Part shown: positions 63,159 to 64,000 of the stretch, one piece after another
How positions within the stretch are numbered: position 1 is the first letter of the stretch
Layout: the number at the start of each line of letters is the position of its first letter
NCBI GenBank assembly: GCA_965232835.1
Contig: OZ247426.1
Location: forward strand, 924,974 to 988,973
DNA: 64,000 nt
Source of the DNA: Dehalococcoidia bacterium
GTDB taxonomy: Bacteria; Chloroflexota; Dehalococcoidia; Lucifugimonadales; UBA3495
Reading direction: 5' to 3'
The notes under the pieces: generated by a model
The model's database searches: none
What the model was told of the DNA's origin: nothing
The model's input: the letters and a program-made list of their open reading frames with translations, nothing else
Program-made: the position numbers and the translations under genes

Positions 63159-63968
63159 TCAGCGATTGAATCCGCCGGCGAAACCCCTGGCTCCCGCCGT
63201 TATCAGCAGGTCGGGCCGGTTGCCCCAGCGCTTCAGGAAGCGGCCGAAGTTCTTGCGTGAGAGCTCGTCCCGCTGGTTGTCGTCCAGCTCGGTCCACTGC
63301 CGATGCTCGTGCCGGACGATGGGCAGGGACGAGTCGGCCAACACGCGGTACCCTTTGTCCTTGAACTGGAAACAATAGTCGATGTCCAGGTTGCGATAGA
63401 AGCGGAACACCTCGCGCATCAGGCCGACGGTGTTCACCGCCTCTCTGCGGAAGGACATGCAGTAGGCCTGCATGGCGTCGGCATCGCCCTCGTCCACCTC
63501 TTCGTGGAAGTGCTGCATGTCGTCGGTGGTCAACCCGTAGGGGCCGAAGATGCCCACCGACGGGTCACTGAGCTTGTCCCTGACGGTGCCCAGGATATCA
63601 CCGACGATTTCTGCCGAGCCGTCCACGATGATAATGTGCTGTCCGAGGCTCTGCTTGACGCCGATGTTCTTGCTGGCAGCGTCACCGATGACGTGGTCGC
63701 AGTGGAACACGCGAAGGATTTCGTGCTCCTGCTTCATTTCCTCCAGCATCTCACCGGTGCCGTCGGTGGAGCCGCTGTCGATGACAATCACTTCAGCCGA
63801 GTAGCCCTGCGAGTGTCGCAGCATCCCTTCCACGCAGCGACGCACGTCCTCGGGGTAGCCGTACGCGTTGAGGATGAAGGTGAAATCGCAAGTGGGCTCC
63901 TCGTCCAGCAGCGAGGCCACCTCACGGGACGACGAAACGGCGTCCCACTTTTCCATGCGCTGCTCCAT
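63159..63968 (-). CDS. Family-2 glycosyltransferase
   Basis: FTFILNAYGYPEDVRRCVEGML...AEVIVIDSGSTDGTGEMLEE, and IIIVDGSAE (DxD-like). Confidence 0.85.
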   Translation of the reverse strand: MEQRMEKWDAVSSSREVASLLDEEPTCDFTFILNAYGYPEDVRRCVEGMLRHSQGYSAEVIVIDSGSTDGTGEMLEEMKQEHEILRVFHCDHVIGDAASKNIGVKQSLGQHIIIVDGSAEIVGDILGTVRDKLSDPSVGIFGPYGLTTDDMQHFHEEVDEGDADAMQAYCMSFRREAVNTVGLMREVFRFYRNLDIDYCFQFKDKGYRVLADSSLPIVRHEHRQWTELDDNQRDELSRKNFGRFLKRWGNRPDLLITAGARGFAGGFNR

Positions 63969-64000
63969 GAGCGTCTTGGGGCGAGCGCGCGATCCGTCGG

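Noticed and set aside
1-64000. CRISPR arrays, rRNA genes, intact transposases or insertion sequences, prophage structural genes and recognised multi-gene defence systems.
   Set aside because: None was seen. There are no regularly spaced direct repeats and no rRNA signatures. The only recombinase is the decayed integrase at about 1037-1806. The toxin-antitoxin-type modules are small and conventional.

Overview
High-GC (about 60% by eye), densely coding bacterial chromosomal segment. I call about 58 protein-coding genes, one tRNA-Leu(CAA), no rRNA and no CRISPR. The core content is heterotroph catabolism and transport. It includes four family-III (CaiB/BaiF) CoA-transferases arranged as two copies of an A-type/B-type gene pair, two luciferase-like (LLM) flavin monooxygenases and four MFS transporters. 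It also includes an amidase, an acyl-CoA synthetase, an enoyl-CoA hydratase, an SDR, an RraA/HMG-aldolase-like gene, an HpcH aldolase and a class-III aminotransferase. This parts list resembles marine Chloroflexota (SAR202-like) genomes, but that is inference from gene content only. Housekeeping genes include a thiG-thiE-thiS operon with a candidate TPP riboswitch and attenuator, tenA, a NifS-like desulfurase, msrB, pepC, hpf, meaB and an HtrA / NfeD / SPFH envelope cluster. Accessory or unusual content: (1) a degraded integrase beside tRNA-Leu with an AT-rich flank; (2) brnT with a truncated brnA that runs in frame into an FMN alpha-hydroxy-acid oxidase gene; (3) a VapBC-like pair; (4) a retropepsin-like two-gene module followed by an unlisted 53-aa SEC-C ORF; (5) a lower-GC histidine decarboxylase plus ACT-protein cassette inside the thiamine neighbourhood; (6) an uncharacterised ATP-grasp / transglutaminase / alpha-E module. 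The most interesting single call is a glutaredoxin-like ORF, absent from the ORF track, whose in-frame TGA sits exactly at the active-site Cys position. It is either a candidate selenoprotein or a fresh pseudogene. Three intergenic repeat families are catalogued. All function calls come from motif recognition by eye; no searches were run.
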